Shown here one piece after another: positions 29,838 through 31,923 of a DNA stretch of 31,923 bases (the stretch's first letter is position 1; every line of letters begins with the position of its first letter). A program made the position numbers and the translations under genes. The DNA lies in assembly GCA_964462075.1 (NCBI GenBank), contig CAYWXN010000001.1, forward strand, positions 1-31,923, given 5' to 3'. The notes below the pieces were generated by a model. It searched no databases, was not told the DNA's origin, and saw nothing but the letters and a program-made list of their open reading frames with translations. This DNA is from an uncultured Ruminiclostridium sp. Its GTDB lineage: Bacteria; Bacillota; Clostridia; DSM-8532.

Positions 29838-31094
29838 TTATGGATTTTCAGGTAAAAAGACGCTTTCTGAGTATGTATTACTGCCATCCCAGAGAATCCA
29901 TTCCTCGCATCCGGCATCATATACCGCTTGAATTTGTTCTCTTACCTGTTTCGCACCATATTCCTGATAATAACCTTCCTTCATCTTGATGGTAAAATCC
30001 TGCAGGTAAGGTCTTAACTTTGCTTTGTATCCGGGTACCTGACTAATCCTTGATTTGGCTTTTAATAGAGCCTGGTATATAACATTATAGGGTTCAAGGT
30101 CCGGTGCGGTAAACAAAACTCCGTTAATGGCCTGCCCTACTCCGTTTCCAAACATTCCGTTTGAAGCATTGGCATAGTGTGAAGGGTAAATCATTGGCGA
30201 AATATAGTCTATATTCATTCCTATTTCGTCAAATAACTGACCTATCGCTTTACCGTCTCTGTCACTTTCAATTACAATTCCGAAGATATCAGCTGATACC
30301 GGTATATCCTTTACTTTCTTTATCTCTTCAGCGGCTTTCTTTAAAAATCCACTGATAGTATCCGACTTAGGAGGGGGATTTTCACCATAAGTAACTTCTT
30401 TCGAGCTGGTAGTGGGAAATCTTACATAATCAAACTGTATTTCATCAAAGCCTAGTTCCACAGCTTCTTTTGCAATTTCAATGTTGTAGTCAATAACTTC
30501 TTTTATATACGGGTTTGTCCATGAACCCATCTTTCCCTCTTTCCATAGATTCCCGTTTGGTTTCTTAATAGCATATTCAGGTTTTTTGTTTGAAAGCCCG
30601 TTATCTCTGAAGACAACAATACGTCCTATTACATAGATATCGTTATCATGGCATTTTTTTAATATCTCTTTAGCATTATACACCTTTTTGTATAGTGATA
30701 ATTCCTGAGCTAACGGTATTTGTGATTCATAATTTATTATGCCATTTTCTTTTATATCAATTACCAAGGAATTCAATTCTTTCTTATTTGCCAAATCTAT
30801 ATAATGATCTATATTTTTAGCCGCTACGCCACCAGTTAAATATAAAGCCTTTACTTTTACAGGCTCTTTTGGCTCAGGAGTGGGTGTGGGCGTTGGTGTT
30901 GGTGTTGGTGTAGAAATCGGCGTAGGTGCAGGTGTGGTTGTTTCTTCGGGTAATGGTGTCGATGTATTAGTTGATAAACCCGGAGTTGTTTCAACCGGAG
31001 AACCGGTTCCATTCGGTATATTAGCTGAGCATGAGGCAAAGATCATTGATGCAATGATTATAATTGCTGTTATCCCTAAGATTCTTTTTATCAT
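29838..31094 (-). CDS. Lipoprotein, putative glycoside hydrolase (DUF4015-like), with Pro/Thr linker (start MIKRILG, 418 aa)
   Basis: Signal peptide with lipobox FAS-C22; PT linker; VKALYLTG, NSLVIDIKE, GFDEIQFDYVRFP, SADIFG, DYISPMIYPSHY, RPYLQDF; AGGAAGG RBS. Confidence 0.82.
   Translation of the reverse strand: MIKRILGITAIIIIASMIFASCSANIPNGTGSPVETTPGLSTNTSTPLPEETTTPAPTPISTPTPTPTPTPTPEPKEPVKVKALYLTGGVAAKNIDHYIDLANKKELNSLVIDIKENGIINYESQIPLAQELSLYKKVYNAKEILKKCHDNDIYVIGRIVVFRDNGLSNKKPEYAIKKPNGNLWKEGKMGSWTNPYIKEVIDYNIEIAKEAVELGFDEIQFDYVRFPTTSSKEVTYGENPPPKSDTISGFLKKAAEEIKKVKDIPVSADIFGIVIESDRDGKAIGQLFDEIGMNIDYISPMIYPSHYANASNGMFGNGVGQAINGVLFTAPDLEPYNVIYQALLKAKSRISQVPGYKAKLRPYLQDFTIKMKEGYYQEYGAKQVREQIQAVYDAGCEEWILWDGSNTYSESVFLPENP
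30877..30940 (-). repeat. Low-complexity coding repeat (Thr-Pro)n
   Basis: ggtgtt/ggtgtg/ggcgtt hexamer units on the plus strand encoding TPAPTPISTPTPTPTPTPTPEP. Confidence 0.85.
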
Positions 31095-31297
31095 GTTGTT
31101 TTCCTTCCTGAGCGACAATATTTGATATTTTACGACATAGTACCAATTTACCAAACTTTTTGAGGGTTTACAACAGAATTGTTCATTAAATAGTGTTTCA
31201 TAATTATTAGTCACAAAACCTAAGGTCAGCATATAAAGCAGAGATTAAAAGTATAGAAAAGCGGTGCGCCTTTTTCACACTGTAATTAGTTGATGAT

Positions 31298-31336
31298 ATA
31301 AAAATACGCCACACCTTTGGTGTGCCGTATTTTTAT
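31298..31336. terminator. Bidirectional terminator-like hairpin after the tRNA-derived copy
   Basis: ataaaaatacg-c-cacacc ttt ggtgtg-c-cgtatttttat: 11+6 bp stem with one C/C mismatch and A/T tails. Confidence 0.75.
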
Positions 31337-31438
31337 GGCTCCCCAAGTTGGACTCGAACCAACGACCTCTGCGCAACGTCTTTGCTTCGCAAAGCCGCTT
31401 ACAGCCGCGATGCATCTGTTAAGCATGAGTCGTTGGCT
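31336..31438 (-). pseudogene. Degenerate tRNA-Asn-derived copy with an exact 32-bp 3' end and a hairpin inserted at the anticodon arm
   Basis: 31336-31367 is identical to 31498-31529; further matches ctgcg and acagccgc flank a novel segment containing ctttgc-ttc-gcaaag; no 5' acceptor strand or D-arm. Confidence 0.75.
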
Positions 31439-31457
31439 GGAACCAAATTTAAAAGTT

Positions 31458-31498
31458 AAAATCAAAAAAAGAGTCCTCTGGACTCTTTTTTTGATTTT
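31458..31498. terminator. Intrinsic terminator immediately after tRNA-Asn (rRNA operon end)
   Basis: Perfect 19-bp inverted repeat aaaatcaaaaaaagagtcc / ggactctttttttgatttt with a 3-nt loop. Confidence 0.9.
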
Positions 31499-31573
31499 GG
31501 CTCCCCAAGTTGGACTCGAACCAACGACCCTGCGGTTAACAGCCGCATGCTCTACCGACTGAGCTATTGAGGA
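31498..31573 (-). tRNA. tRNA-Asn (GTT)
   Basis: TCCTCAATAGCTCAGTCGGTAGAGCATGCGGCTGTTAACCGCAGGGTCGTTGGTTCGAGTCCAACTTGGGGAGCCA: 76 nt cloverleaf, anticodon GTT, encoded CCA. Confidence 0.98.
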
Positions 31574-31581
31574 ATAAAAAA

Positions 31582-31697
31582 TTCGGCGACGACCTATTTT
31601 CCCGGGCCGTTACCAGCCAAGTATCGTGGGCACTAGAGAGCTTAACTTCTGTGTTCGGGATGGGAACAGGTGGGACCTCTCTGTTATAGTCACCGAA
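31582..31697 (-). rRNA. rrf: 5S ribosomal RNA
   Basis: Contains CACCTGTTCCCATCCCGAACACAGAAGTTAAGCTC; paired ends TTCGGTGAC / GTCGCCGAA; about 116 nt; ends approximate. Confidence 0.96.
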
Positions 31698-31709
31698 AAT
31701 ATTTTATAT

Positions 31710-31855
31710 AAATTGCTTTCGCAATTTTAATCCATTCAAAATTGCTTCGCAATTTCCTTTTAACAATTTACTTTCGCAATGTATTATTAAATTATCAATT
31801 GAGGTGAAGAACCGAAGGTTCTTCCAATGGATTAAAATTGTGATAACAATTTTAA
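31710..31855. repeat. Multi-hairpin palindromic element upstream of 5S (probable 23S-5S spacer)
   Basis: 15-bp perfect inverted repeat 31722-31736 / 31826-31840; hairpins at 31710-31727, 31739-31755, 31763-31782, 31806-31824 and 31832-31855. Confidence 0.75.
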
Positions 31856-31867
31856 TACTATTTGCAC

Positions 31868-31884
31868 TCCTCAAAACTGTATAA
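31868..31884 (-). other. Probable 3' strand of the pre-23S rRNA processing stalk
   Basis: Minus-strand TATACAGTTTTGAGGAG resembles the AGTTTTGAG stalk motif found downstream of Firmicute 16S/23S rRNAs; the 23S itself is outside the window. Confidence 0.5.
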
Positions 31885-31923
31885 TGATCTCTGCTTACGA
31901 TTTGTATATTACTCTTTTAAGAG

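Noticed and set aside
31368-31400. Group I or other intron in the anticodon loop of a second tRNA
   Set aside because: The insert is only about 27 nt with no intron core, and the copy lacks a 5' acceptor strand and D-arm, so splicing could not give a tRNA.
31317-31562. 81-aa + strand ORF with a repeated APQVGLEPTT peptide
   Set aside because: It is the antisense translation of tRNA-Asn and its 3' duplicate; a typical shadow ORF.

Overview
AT-rich bacterial chromosomal window from a clostridial (Clostridia-class, inferred from protein similarity) genome. Almost all genes lie on the minus strand, co-oriented with an rRNA operon end at the right edge. In transcription order (right to left): probable 23S-5S spacer, 5S rRNA, tRNA-Asn(GTT), a degenerate tRNA-Asn-derived copy, a lipoprotein putative glycoside hydrolase, a DUF362/4Fe-4S protein, cheX, trmL, a divergent PfkA-family kinase, a DUF2156-like protein, purE-purF-purM-purN-purD, a small DUF1540-like Cys protein missed by the ORF track, an AEC transporter, zupT (the only + strand gene), lepA-hemW, a CheA-like pseudokinase, the CIRCE-controlled hrcA-grpE-dnaK-dnaJ-prmA-rsmE operon, an orphan cheY, yicC-remA-gmk-rpoZ, glyQS and ppdK. 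No integrase, transposase, phage gene or CRISPR array was seen. The best leads are (1) a CheA-like protein with an intact Hpt histidine, a tandem MshEN-like c-di-GMP motif, a degenerate ATP-binding domain and no CheW domain, with orphan CheY and CheX genes in the same window; (2) a roughly 165-nt branched RNA with its own promoter between dnaK and dnaJ; (3) a tRNA-derived fold-back element next to tRNA-Asn; (4) a palindromic element in the rRNA spacer; (5) a PFK lacking conserved catalytic-motif residues. All family assignments come from motif recognition by eye; no searches were run.
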